From Felis catus (taxonomy: Eukaryota): DNA of 64,000 nucleotides. How positions within the stretch are numbered: the stretch's first letter is position 1; every line of letters starts with the position of its first letter. Positions 12,480-24,739 of the stretch are shown piece by piece. Below the pieces are notes generated by a model. It had not been told where the DNA came from. It searched no databases and saw only the letters and a program-made list of their open reading frames with translations. The DNA is taken from positions 145,826,001 to 145,890,000 of the forward strand of contig NC_058368.1 of assembly GCF_018350175.1 (NCBI RefSeq). The letters run 5' to 3'. A program made the position numbers and the translations under genes.

Positions 12480-12700
12480 TTCAACTTCTTAGCCATTTAA
12501 GTGTTTGTTCTCTAAAAATGTCAGGAGTGAGTGTGTGAAAACTTGATGAAAACACAGTTAATTATATCTGTAATATTCCTCTGATCTCTACATCAAAAAT
12601 ACCTAGCAATAAAGGAGATCAGATTTGCCTGGAAAAAAGACTTGTTCTTGGTAAATTGATAACCATATGCTTGCAAAAGGGCTCAAAATTATCTGCTAAC
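12480..12700 (-). mobile_element. L3/CR1 LINE ORF2 (RT) remnant
   Basis: Minus strand of 12611-12655 translates FTKNKSFFQANLISF, close to the CR1 RT motif GFTKGKSCQTNLISF. It is followed by a degenerate VDQGNAVDIIYLDFSKAF-like stretch. Confidence 0.75.
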
Positions 12701-12859
12701 ATTCATTAACTGGGTTGATAAAACTTAGTTTGTTGGGTTATCATTAAAAGTACATGAGATAAAATAGTGAAAAACCTCGGAATCTATATATTGTCTTTGG
12801 CTTATGGTAGAAGTAATGAAATTAATGTTTTATAATTTGATTAAGGATCAACACCCAAA

Positions 12860-13228
12860 TCTCTGTTTTACAATGCCTACCACCAGAGGTCAGGGAGATG
12901 CAGAAGAATCATCAAAGGAGACTCTCTCTCAGCAGAGAGCTAGAAAAAACCAGGTCACAGTAGTATCCAAGACTAAGGGATAAACTCTGTTAGTCAGTTG
13001 ATAGGTCAATGAAAACAGTGCATTAACAAGGTGGAGATTATGCATGATTTTCATAAAAGCAACTTCCGTGGAAGAGAGAGGGGAAAAGTTCATTATATTA
13101 TAATAGATTTAAGATGTAATGTGAACAAATCAGTTGAGAACAACAGGTATAAAATAATGCTTTCACAGACTTTTGCTATAAAGGAAAGGAGAGAAATGGG
13201 GTATGAGGTCCCAAGAGGTTTTTTTGTT

Positions 13229-13259
<31 letters not shown>

Positions 13260-13330
13260 TTAATGATGCCCAGAATAATAGCCTCTTGATCTGTTGTGGG
13301 AATTATTCAGTAGAAAAGAAAGTAATTATT
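12860..13330 (-). mobile_element. L2 LINE internal fragment
   Basis: ACTTTTGCTATAAAGGAAAGGAGAGAAATGGGGT and neighbouring purine-rich motifs typical of antisense L2 ORF2. Confidence 0.5.
13232..13259. repeat. (GT)14 microsatellite
   Basis: Direct observation. Confidence 0.95.
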
Positions 13331-13749
13331 GATGTGATTTATATAAAGGCTAATTTGGGTGTCTAATGGGCATCTAGTGATAATTAGCCATGACCGAAAC
13401 AGAAGTGTCAATGTTTTTGTCTGTGCTTTGGAGGACGACATTAATAAATATTACAAATTTGATACAGATGATTGATATGCTAAGTAATAAAATTATAGTT
13501 TAAAGTGTCTTTCACATGACAAAAATGTAATAGACTGTACCTTCAGTGAAACAATTAACTTAAAATTTTACTTTATGGAGGGAGATGTCAAGACAACCAG
13601 GGCAGTAGGGAAAGTGTTACCTCTGATGATTCATATCTAATGGCTTACCTCACCTGAGTTTAAAGTTTAAAGCCAGATAATACGTGCTATCAGAAAAAAA
13701 AAAACTCCATTCTGAGGAACTATTTTAACATAACCACAAATTAGTAGAA

Positions 13750-15250
13750 CCTCCAGGCACCAGTCAGAAGGAAATGAACATTTTCTCTGGAGGAATCTGC
13801 TCTTTACTCAACTCTCATAGAACTTCCATAGGTAAATTCTCATTGCATGAGTAATCACAAGCAGAAATAACAAGCAATGTAATTACTATGAGGGAGAATC
13901 AGCAGAAATAACAAACAGCAGAACCAGACCCATAAAGCTTTGGTAGTAAAGTTGGTATTTGAACCTGAACAGTCTAACAGCAGAGCCCTGCTTCCAACCA
14001 TTATGTTATACTTTTTGGTATTCTAGATACATATTTGGTATGTTTAAAGAAATGAAAGGTAGAATTTAATATGAAAAGAATAAAAAAGGAAGGAAGTGGA
14101 ACCTCTAGAAGCTAACTAAATTAAAAAAAATAAGTGAATAAAATACTCATTGAAAGTGTAAATGGCAGATTAGGTATAGGGAGATTAGTAAATTGCAAAA
14201 CAGAGCTGAAAAAATTTCTCAGAATGTAACAGAAAAGCAAAGTGAGAGAAGACATGAAAAAGGGTTAAAACAAAAGGGGAAAACCAAAATGTTTAATATA
14301 TATCTAATTTGGAATATCAGAAAGACCTATTAAATAAGGTGAGGGAGATTAAATATGTGAAGATACAATGGCTGAGGATTTTCCAGAATTGAAAAAGGCA
14401 TCAGTCAATAGCTTTAGGAATCCCCAAAAAAGGCCAAGCAAGATAAATAAAGGGAAATTTATACCCATACACATCACAGTCAAACTACAGAATATCAGAG
14501 ACAAGAGAAGTTTTTTAAGAAGATTCTAAGTGGGTTGACAGCAGTCATTTTAAGTGCAACAGTAGAAGACAGAAGATGGTGGAATACTGTCTTCAAAATA
14601 CTGACAGCAAATGCTCATTGTTTGTTAAAGTTATCTTTTAAGAACATATTCAGAAAAACAGAAACAGAGAGATTACACTATCGATAGAACACCACTAAAG
14701 GCATCTCTAAAGGTTGTATTTCCAGAAAGGAAATGTCATGGAAAGGGTGTCTGACATGCAAAATGAATGGGGAGAACAGAAAACTCCATGAAACACTGAC
14801 TGTTTAAATCAACAACAATAATAATGCCTAATGGGGCGCCTGGGTGGCTCAGTCCGTTGGGTGTCTGACTTTGGCTCAGGTCATGATCTCACAGTTCATG
14901 AGTTTGAGCCCTGCATCGGGCTCTGTGCTGACAGCTCAGAGCCTGGAGCATTCTGTGTCTCCCTCTCTCTCTGTTCTTCCCTTGCTTGCACTCTGTCTCT
15001 CTCTCTGTCAAAAATAAATAAAGGTTAAAACAAAATGTTTTTTAAAATAATAATGCCTAATATGTGGGCTTAAGAAAATATAGAACTGAAATACAGATAA
15101 AAGCATGATGCTTTGAAGGGAGATAGAGTTAAAATATTCCAACTTGTGTGGGTTTTTCAAGGTGGATAACACAGACTTCATTAATTATGAAAATCAAAAA
15201 TTTTTAAGTGCAGTCACTAAAAGAAAGAAGAAAATGTTTAATCAGTCACT
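13750..15250 (+). mobile_element. Ancient L1 ORF1-like element (HAL1/L1ME-type), interrupted by a SINE
   Basis: A-rich strand with ORF1 motifs: GAGATTAGTAAATTG, ATGGCTGAGGATTTTCCAGAATTG, GCAACAGTAGAAGACAGAAGATGGTGGAATACTGTCTTCAAAATACTGA. No ORF2 follows. Confidence 0.7.
14833..15045 (+). mobile_element. Felid Can-SINE
   Basis: GGGGCGCCTGGGTGGCTCAG head. Perfect 16-bp TSD AATAATAATGCCTAAT at 14817-14832 and 15046-15061. Confidence 0.97.
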
Positions 15251-15299
15251 GTATTACAGAGAAGATACTATAATTACAAAAATAAAATACTTTGTCAAC

Positions 15300-15722
15300 T
15301 AGAATACATCCAAAGAAGAACAACCAGGATGTCCAAAGGTCTTGAAACAGTGGCATAAAAATATTTAGTTTTACTAAGAAAAGACTTTCTCATTAGGGCA
15401 GTTAATGCTCTAATAATTTCTCCAATTTGATAGTCTTCAAATATTTTAAGAATTATCATAAAGGGAAGGGATTAAGTATATTATTTATTTAATGTTAGAG
15501 GACTGAATTAGGGTTATGGATATGAGTTAGAGGGAGGTAGTTTGGAGGGTTATTATAAGGAAATACTTCTATAAATGGAGTGGCTACATTTGAGACACTG
15601 AGTTCTTCTTCACTGGAGGTTATAAGATCATCTGTCAGGAAATTTTTATGTGGGTAATTCCTGCCTTGGGTCAAAAGTTGGACTAAAAGAACTAAATGAG
15701 CTCTCTGCCAATTCTAAGAGTA
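15300..15722 (+). mobile_element. L3/CR1 LINE 3' end
   Basis: ATAGTCTTCAAATATTT, GAGTTAGAGGGAGGTAGTTT, GAGTTCTTCTTCACTGGAGGT, GTTGGACTA...CCAATTCTAAGA match the L3 3' region. Confidence 0.75.
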
Positions 15723-15769
15723 ATAGTAGTAATTTATTTAAAATGAGCTAACCACCATAAAGGCATTAA

Positions 15770-15910
15770 TGTATTCCATTTTTGCAACACCACCATCAGT
15801 TAAGTTTTATCTCTGTTTTGCAGTTGAAGGTACTAAAGTTCAGAGAGCTTAAGTAACTTGATGAGAATGTGTAGTTTGTATGAAGTATAACAGATTTCAC
15901 TCCAAAACTG
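15770..15910 (-). mobile_element. MIR fragment
   Basis: CTGTTTTGCAGTTGAAGGTACTAAAGTTCAGAGAGCTTAAGTAACTTG is the MIR core. Confidence 0.65.
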
Positions 15911-17749
15911 CCTTATTAGAAAGTGGAAAACTTTAGATTATGCCTCACTGAATCCCAAGAATAGGACCATCAACTTACCTCTGATTTTGCCAAATTCTCA
16001 CAGAAAAAGCCTTCTCTGCCTCATAGTATTTTTGTAGGATATCATAAGCCAAAATTGGCAAAAGCAGACAGATACACACATGTGGGCATACATGAACACA
16101 CATACACACACACACAGGTTAAATTCCTCATATAGGCATTACTGTCTTCTTCCTTTCTGAAATCTAATGTATTATAAGTAACAAAGAAAGCCTTCTTCAT
16201 CCACACAATAAAACATTTATCAAGGTGAATTTTGAGGGTACTTTTGTTGTAGAATTAATTTTCCCCAGTACATGAAGTAAACCTTTGTTAGTTTTTATAT
16301 AATTGTTTTCCTTTTGCACTTTATCTATAGACAGGTTGCTTTTTGTATTCTTTTTTGTTTTTGATCCATTCAGGGATTTTTAATGAGAATTGGTGGTGTT
16401 GGGTATTCTTGTACTGATTCTGATAGTAAATTTTAATTTCGAATTGTGTACTAATAGTAGAGGCATAGCTACAGAATAGCTACACTAGTACTGAATGAGA
16501 AGTTTAATTTGAAAAATTCCTCTCAAAAAATAAGCTGGCGTGGAGTGACATTTAAGAGGGAAATTAGGTAGAACATAAATGGATAGAAATTATCTTAGAC
16601 AAAATAGAATAAAAATTGAGCATATCTCAGAACTGAATTTGCACTAACCTAAAACTCTACTAACTGCTGAGTATTGAAAATATCCATTATGGTCCTGAAC
16701 TAGGATACACAGAAGGATATGTTCTGTTATCCTGATTAGAGATGCACTATTTCCAGGGTATTTTCCACAGATAGTTGAGCTAGACAAATCTTTCCTGGAA
16801 GCCGATTTTCTAGCTAGCCAGATTCGATGGCATTTGGTTGGATTAGATGGACTCAAAGTAAATATTCCAAATCTAAATCCTTCTCTGAACTGGCTGGTAA
16901 ACCTGTTGGGATCATAGGTCATTGGTAAAAAATGTCTTTGTTTGAATGCATAGGTTTGCTAAAGCTTCTACTAGCTGTCTGTGGGCTAGGAAAAGGCATG
17001 GAAGAATCTGGCCCCAAAGGAAACTGAAAATGTGGAGCAGCAGTGTTGGGACCTTGCCATCTAAAGTTCTTCATGTGGAATGTGGGTCCACTCTGCCCTT
17101 CAGTTTCATAGAGGTTGAATTTCAAATTCCACAATTGACCGCTAGGTATAACATTTTCACTTTTCTCTTTAATCACCAATAGACCAAAATTACTCTTACT
17201 GTTGAATTTTAGAATTCTACATTTCCCTGTAAGTACAGATATTATTGTGAGGAAAATAGGTATGGTTGCAGGGCTGCTTGTCACCTCTTCTCACTTGTTG
17301 AAGTAGGAAGGTGGAGTAGGAGGGAAGGGTAATCTTGTTGAGAATCACAGTTCACTGTGGCCTGCCCAGTTATACAAGGGATTTCCTACTCATGTGCATG
17401 TGCACGTGTGTCCATGTGTGTGTGTGTAGGTGCGTGTGTTAGGGGCATTGATTTGCCACTCTCTTCTGAAGAGATATTGACGTAATCATGCTGAGCCTGT
17501 GCTTGATACTAGTTCCCTGAAGAGGTGTCCTGAAAGTGGCTTAGGTCCATTAGACTTACTCTAGTGGACCTATTGTTTTCAACTGGCAGCACTCCTTTCT
17601 TGGAAGAGGTATATTTTTCTTGCTTTGTGCAGTTGTGGAGGTGAAGCTAGGCTAAATTAAAGGAAGTTAAAACTGAATTATACCTCTCTCATTATATTCG
17701 GGTGGGCAGGGGAAGCTGATGCTAAGTTAGAAAATTTGGGGACTACATC

Positions 17750-17968
17750 TATCAGCAATCACCTTGCCTTCCCAGAGGAGAGAACCCACATGCAGAACAA
17801 AATTAAGCAAAGAGAACTGGATTTGAGATACCAAGAAATCTATGTGTACAGTTTTGCCTAAATCCAGTTCTACCCCTTGAGATCTCTGTTATATGAGCTG
17901 ATAAATATTTTTGCCTAAGCTTGGTTTTACTTGCATTTTGTCGCTTGCAACAAAAAATGTGCTAACTG
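17750..17968 (+). mobile_element. MaLR (MLT1J/K-like) LTR fragment
   Basis: GTTATATGAGCTGATAAAT...CCTAAGCTTGGTTTTACTTGCATTTTGTCGCTTGCAACAAAAAATGTGCTAACTG. Confidence 0.7.
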
Positions 17969-20100
17969 CCCACAACCTCCAAGATTTAGAGTAAGACAGA
18001 AACTGAGGTAATTATTTCATTTGAATGCTTGTGATGGCCGGAAATTATATTCATTCAGAGCTCTAAAATCGGCCCCACCAAACTGTCACTTAGCATTTTC
18101 AAGAAACCTCATCTTTGCATTCTTCACAGCAGATGGCAACTGACCTGAAGCTTTGCGAAACAGCAGATGCCCAGATATCCTCAAAGGTGCTGTCCTTGAT
18201 AGCCCCTCAAAATGAACACATGAACATCATATATTAATGAGGGTTATTGTTTGCCTTTGGCTGTTTTCCAGTCATTTTGCTTGAATGGGACATTTATTTA
18301 CTTTTTCTTGACCTATTATTTCATGGCTCCTATGTATGATCAGATATTATACTTTATATATTGGTGAGTTTTTCCTGAATGCATTAATGCTTTTTCTGTA
18401 AAACTTTCCACCAGTCTACTTCTCCCACCCATTAGTTAGGATTTCTTAAGGAAAGATATGCCCTTTAAATTTTCTGTATTCTTAGAATATTATAAACATG
18501 GATTGCTAAGTTAAACTTGACATTCTTCCCCTTAGCTCACTGAGCTGTGCCCTTTTTATTACGGGTACATAAGTATGTCCTGTTATCTTTAATTGAATCT
18601 CCTGAGTTGTGTTTATGATTTAACCCTATTCCACGTTTGGAATTTTCACAAGATGAGTCCCATAGTTATCTTTACTAGATACGTGTTTACGCTCATGTTC
18701 ATTCTCACCAACTTCTCTGCCAACATGGCAGGTTTTCATTTTGAGTACCATAAAAATGCATTTGTTTTAGTGGACAGAATTATAGAATTATTGTATGTTA
18801 ATGATACTGTTTCCTTTGTTCAGTGTCCAGGCCATTGCTCTAATTTTCCAGTCCAGTCATGGCTAGACAAATTAAAATGTTTTAAGCAATATTTAGGATG
18901 GCTTGACTCCACTATGCAAAAAACATGCTGGTAATATCATAAATCCTTGTAACTCTGGAGATTTTTCTCAATGTGTAAATACAGAAGTATGGGATAAATT
19001 TTGCTTTGGGTGGTTTTGGAGGGGTGGCCATGCAAGAAATTGTTTTCAAAACAATCACTCCTACCATCTGTGCACCAGAAAACAGATTCATAGAGCTGAT
19101 AGCAACACTTGGAGATAGCCAGCAGAAAAGAGCTCAGGAAACCACTGAGATCACCTACTCTTTGTGAGAAAATAATTGGGAAAAATCGCTTTATAGAACT
19201 GACTTTGCCTGGTGGAGGATATCTTAAGTTTCTGGGGATAGAAGTTATAACGTGATTTACTGGCAAAGTACTATCTTCCCTTCTGTTTTTAATGAAAGTT
19301 TCATATCTACACTATTAAGGGATTCTATAAAAGGTCCAACATGTTAAAACAATACAGAAAAAAGATGAGTAAAGAACATGGAAATGTTGAATTTCCAAAG
19401 ATACACTGCTTTTCTTAGGCAAAAAATATCTGCCTAATTTCAAATCCTCTCCAGGGGCTAAGGAAAGCTTTAAATATCCATTCAAAATTCTTCACAGCCA
19501 GACATCTCTTTTAAAGGAATTAGGTTACATTAGTTGATGTAATGAACTCAGATAGTTTGGGTGATTCAAATCCCAAAGACAGCAGTACACCTGTGCAGCA
19601 TACACATTTCTCCTCTGTGAGAAGGCGCCAGTGGTTTCGATTTGGGGTGTGTTTTGAGGGGGTTGAGGGAATGGGGGCAAGAGAATGAGCTGGTGAAAGG
19701 TAATATAGAGGAGAATCATTTGCTAAAAATGTTGTTTGATGCTACCTGATTTCCTTTTAAATCATTCTTTGAAAAAGAAATATCAGTTTGGAATCTGTTA
19801 GTGGTCACATATATTAAAATAGAACATCTCTTGCTTCGTTAGCTCAGTTATTCTTTACTCCCCTTTGAGCATCTGACAAGCAGTGTAGAGCTGGAGGGAG
19901 ATGAATCTTTTAGGCAGTCGGTGAACTGGAGAATGTACCATTTATTCACCCCCTAGAATCTGCTTTCAGAGCAAATCCAAATTATTTTATATTTCAATTC
20001 CACCTAACATAGAATCTTTAGGCCATAAAGATATAGTCGTGCTTAAATACTTCCATCTCCAGATGGCATTGCACCTGACCCAGTACATAGTTTTCTAATT

Positions 20101-20495
20101 GTTTTTTTATTGATAAAGAAATTTTTAAAATTTTATTAAGTTTTTAAGTTTTAATTCCAGTATAGTTAGCATAGTGTTACATTAGTTTCAGGTGTACGAT
20201 ATAGTGATTCAACGATTTTATACATTACTCGGTGCTCATCATGATAAATGTACTCTTAATCCCCTTCACCTATTTTACCCATCCCCCCACCCACCTCCTC
20301 TCTGGTAGCCATCAGGTTGTTCTCTGTAGTTAGGAGTCTGTTTCTCAGTCTCTCTCTCTCTCTCTCCTTCCTTTGTTCATTTGTTTTGTTTCTTAAATTC
20401 CACATATGAATGAAATCATAGGGTATTTGTCTTTCTCTGACTGACTTATTTCACTTAGCATTATACTCTAAGCTCCATCCACATCACTGCAAATA
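20101..20495 (-). mobile_element. 5'-truncated carnivore L1 3' end
   Basis: TTAGTTTCAGGTGTACGATATAGTGATTC...CCACATATGAATGAAATCATA...TTTCACTTAGCATTATAC. Perfect 16-bp TSD ACATAGTTTTCTAATT at 20085-20100 and 20496-20511. Confidence 0.93.
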
Positions 20496-21367
20496 ACATA
20501 GTTTTCTAATTCTTAAAGATATTCAGAGCAACAGATCATACCCTTTTGCATGATAATTACTAAAGCCGTCATCTCCACAATAACTCACTCTCTTTCTTGA
20601 CCAGATTCTTACTTACTACTTACTCTTAGTATCACATCAGCAACTGTGGAAAATAATCATTGCCATCTTTCTAGATTAAATTTTTTTTCTATTTCAAAAC
20701 AATATTTCTTCCTATGGTGAGAAGAGTTATAACAAGAGATGGAATATAATGTGCTCAGTTAATTAAGAACATGGTATATATATTTACAGATTTCTATTAA
20801 CTATGACTAGATCACCAAAGTTTAAGTACATAATTTTTTCAAAAGAAAATCTTCTGTTCATGTTTTATATAGCTTACCTCAGTGTAATATATTCATTTGT
20901 GGTAGAAAGACATTTTAAGCAGAATGAACCATTCTGCATACATTTTTTGTCTTTAAAATCAAGATTTTTTTTTTTTTTTTTTGGTTTGGATACATTCTTC
21001 TGGAGCGAAAGGGTTTTGAAGTCACATTTTGTCTATATCCCTAAAAATGTTTAGTAAAAAAGATATCTGAGTCTTAGTCAAAGAATGTAAAACTTAATAA
21101 TTTCAATTATACTTGTAAGAAAAACTCCAGCCTGAGACTGACCATAGTATTGGAGGGGCTTAGGTGTTTTCAAATAAATGTCAGGACTTTGGCCCATTTG
21201 TCTAGAAATCACAAAGAAGCGTGCTTTTTCCTTCAACTCTAAGGCCAACCTGTACAATTCTGCTCAGCTTTTTTTCTGTCTTTTTTCTCTAGTTTATATC
21301 CCTCCAGGGAATTTTCCTGATTGGTAATAGTACAAAAAATTTACTCTTATTCCTGGAGTTGTTCAAT

Positions 21368-21550
21368 GTTAGAGTCACAAGGATCCTTAGGAATGATTGG
21401 CCAACTTCCTTTTTAGATAAAGATTCTGATCTCCAAAGAGGTGAAGCAACTTTCCCTATGCCATACCATGCATGAATCTTTGTCAGAACTGGACCTAAGA
21501 CTCACTGCCCATGAGATTCTATATTCAGTCCCTGGAATCATCATTCTACA
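21368..21550 (-). mobile_element. MIR/MIR3 fragment
   Basis: TTAGATAAAGATTCTGATCTCCAAAGAGGTGAAGCAACTTTCCC...GTCAGAACTGGACCTAAGAC. Confidence 0.55.
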
Positions 21551-22896
21551 GATTGGTGGGCTTCCTTTCCACATATGGACCATTATGTATCTCTGTAAGA
21601 TTTGGGACATTTGAAATATAGGAACTGAATCCTCTATGTGGTGGTAGCATGAAGGACACAGCTGATTCTGAGCTAGGAGACACAGTACTTAAATGTGACC
21701 AATCTTTAGTAACTGACTGTTACTGTTTGTTAATTACTACAACTTCATGGAAATGATTCCAGTTGGACAAATTCAGTTATTTCATTTGGAATGTAGGAAA
21801 TAAGAATTTCTACACAATGTATCTCTTTTTCTATATAAAGGCTTGAATAAATGACCATTTTACTTTGTTAACAGATGAATCAAATGTTTTCACCAGCAAA
21901 GTTCTTGGTCAAAGTGTTTCATTTAGTCTATCATACATGTCATGTTTCATACATGTCTATCAGTGTGTTGACTTTTCTAGACCATTACTTAAAATGGAAG
22001 CTAGAACCATATGAACCATGATAGGAGGAATTCTCAGTAATTATCCTTTCTGTGTGTTCGTATCAGGAGTGTAGGGTGGGTTGAAGGATTGATTTTCCGT
22101 GGTTTGAAATTGCTTCTCATAGGAAAGGGAGCAAGATTCTCTTGAAATACGTAGAAAGGGAATCTTATAATGAGCAAAATGTAGACAATACTTGTATGTA
22201 CAGCATGCTGTGAATTTTTATAAAAGGTTATTCAAGTTTAACAATGTACTACAATTCTCTAAAAATTATGTTTGCATGTTGGAGGTACTCATGACAAATA
22301 CTTCCTGAATATTATTTTAGCAAATCACAACCCAATTTAGGTAATGACAATTAGTTAGACAAAGTGAATATAATATCAGTAAATGTTATTTTTAGTATAT
22401 TCCTAATGGACTAAATTTCTTCCCCCCACATTTCTGTTTTCATCTAAGCCTCTTGATCAACAAATGCTGAAGGAGTTTAATCATCAAAACTACATTGTTC
22501 TCACTCTTCTAACAACTCTTCTACAGAGAAATTCCACATTTTATTTTTTAACAATCTTAAAAACGTGATAGCCATTCACATGGAATGTCACTCTAGCTCA
22601 AACAATGTTTTGCTGTTTGGTACACACAAATAGCCACCTGAAACCAGGTGATGAATGTCCTAATCAAGTATGATGTCTGTATTTCACCTACACTTTCTCC
22701 CTCAGTAATAACCCTAGAGGGGCCAAAGAAGTCTACTGAGCACAAGAGGAACTGTAGGGCAGTGAAGAAGCCAGCCAGCCTCCTCCCTCCACTGCAAGCT
22801 TCTGAGCTGTGGAGGGGGAAAAGTTTAAATTAGATAAGAGATTAAAGCTTTGAAATCAACTGGGTGGGGTCTTCTTAACAATGCAATGGTATTTCC

Positions 22897-23126
22897 TTTT
22901 TTTTTTTTTTTAAAGTTTATTTATTTTGAGAGAGAGAGAGAGAGAGAGTGCAAGTACGGCATGTGGGGGAGGGGCAGAGAGAGAGAGGGAGAGAGAGAAT
23001 CCCAAGTAGGTACTGTACCGACAGCGCAGAGCCCCTTGCTGGGCTCAAACCCACAAACTGTGAGATCAAGACCTGAGCTGAAACCAAGAGTTGGACGCTC
23101 AACCACCTGAGCCACCCAGGTGCCCC
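22897..23126 (-). mobile_element. Can-SINE
   Basis: Ends GAGCCACCCAGGTGCCCC, with (GA)n and poly-T. TSD CAATGCAA(T/A)GGTATTT. Confidence 0.96.
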
Positions 23127-24739
23127 AGCAATGCAAAGGTATTTTCATGAGGCTTTATCCAGGAGTGGGAATAAAACAGTTGACAAAGCAGGTCAAAGGA
23201 GGAGATTTATGAGAAAGAATAAAATTACTGTGTTTGTATCCTATTCAAAGTAATCAACAATCTAATAATATTTAGAAAATTTTCTCAGATAGGTAACTTA
23301 CTAATTATTAAGGTATATCATTTTTACAGAATTTTGACATTTAAGAAGTCATTTTTTTATAATAGTCCCAAACTAAGCCTCCTATAGACTTTATAACTTT
23401 AGGGAAAATTCATCTCTTTGAGTCCATCCAGAGTGAGATTAATATATACAGTAACTCTTCTTTACCCTCCCCTTTCAATTCTAATATTTCTCTTATTTTA
23501 GGTAAAAAATATCTCTATTTTTTTTACCCTCCTGGGCTCTCAATATGTCCTATTAATGCATTAAGTGGTAGTGCTCGAATTCAGTGTAATGTCACTGGGA
23601 AACCTTTGTTAATTGAATTTAAAAAGTCAAGAGCTTTAGGTCAAGATTTAACTTTTACAGTGAATTGTTGGTCTTTAGAGCCTATGATTTGGGAATAGCT
23701 CTGTTCCCTCACCCCAGAAAGTAATCCTGCACAGGATGGGGGCTAAATTCTTGCAGAAACCCTCCCCCCACTTTTTTCCCCAGGTATAATTCATTTCAGG
23801 GGTAGCAAAACAGGTAGTGTCATCCTTACTCCCTCAATTTCATAGCCACTGCCATGTCACCGAATCCCCACTGCTCAGCAGTTGTGAACGATGAACCTAT
23901 TATGAATTGAGCAGGCTAGCTGAGAAAAGTGAAAAATGCAATCCAGGCAGATGTGTATCTCACTTCAATTCTTTTCTTATTTCTCCAGGTTGCCATTTTA
24001 CCCCTGACTTTCAACGAGTACTTAGCTTTAGCAGATGAACAGTATTTTGGCAGTGCCGCTTATTGAATGAAAATAGAGTAAGGATTAATTTTGGGGGTGT
24101 TTCCAAACCATAGAACTGTTGGCAGAATGCCGGCCCCCTGAATGCCTTTCTCAGCAGCTCAAATCAGCAAATCTTGGCTGTTACAGTCAAATGAACATTG
24201 GAGTTTTCAGTGGTACCTGTTACATTAAATCACATATTGATGGGGAAAGAAAGCAGAAACATCATGCTATTGTGTAGAAAAAAATGAGGTCCAGAAGTTT
24301 TTCTGCCAATAGAAGGCTTTTTTAATAAGTGACAAACAGTTTTGGGGGTTTTGTGATACTCCTATTTATTTGGATAGAAACCAACAGAATTTTTCACATG
24401 TTAATGTGAGTTTCTGTGTTAGCTCTGAGGCCGTTTCCTCTCTGGCAGGAGACAGCCCTAGAAGTTGTGCTTTCTCCACTCCCTACGTGTAGAAAGCAAA
24501 TAGGGGCATAAAGCAAAGCCCAGAATCCTAGTTAATGAATCAGTGAGCTGGCAGACAGATTATTAACAATAATGTTACCTTCAAATAAATCAGGAGGTTA
24601 TCACCACCTCTTCAGAGATGTCTGAGACATAATGACACAGCCCAGACTTAACTTATGTTGGGCGGTATGGACCCAGAGACCTACTTCACATTCCATTCTT
24701 TGAAACCATCTCCTAAGTAGTCAGTGTTCTCTGTTGGCC

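Noticed and set aside
18126..18140. CTCF-like motif CAGCAGATGGCA (similar ones near 20058 and 30200)
   Set aside because: Only partial matches to the CTCF core, not supportable without a matrix scan or ChIP data.
18430..18934. 113-aa ORF or possible ancient RTE fragment on the minus strand
   Set aside because: TTG start, AT-driven composition, and only vague motif resemblance that I cannot support without a profile search.
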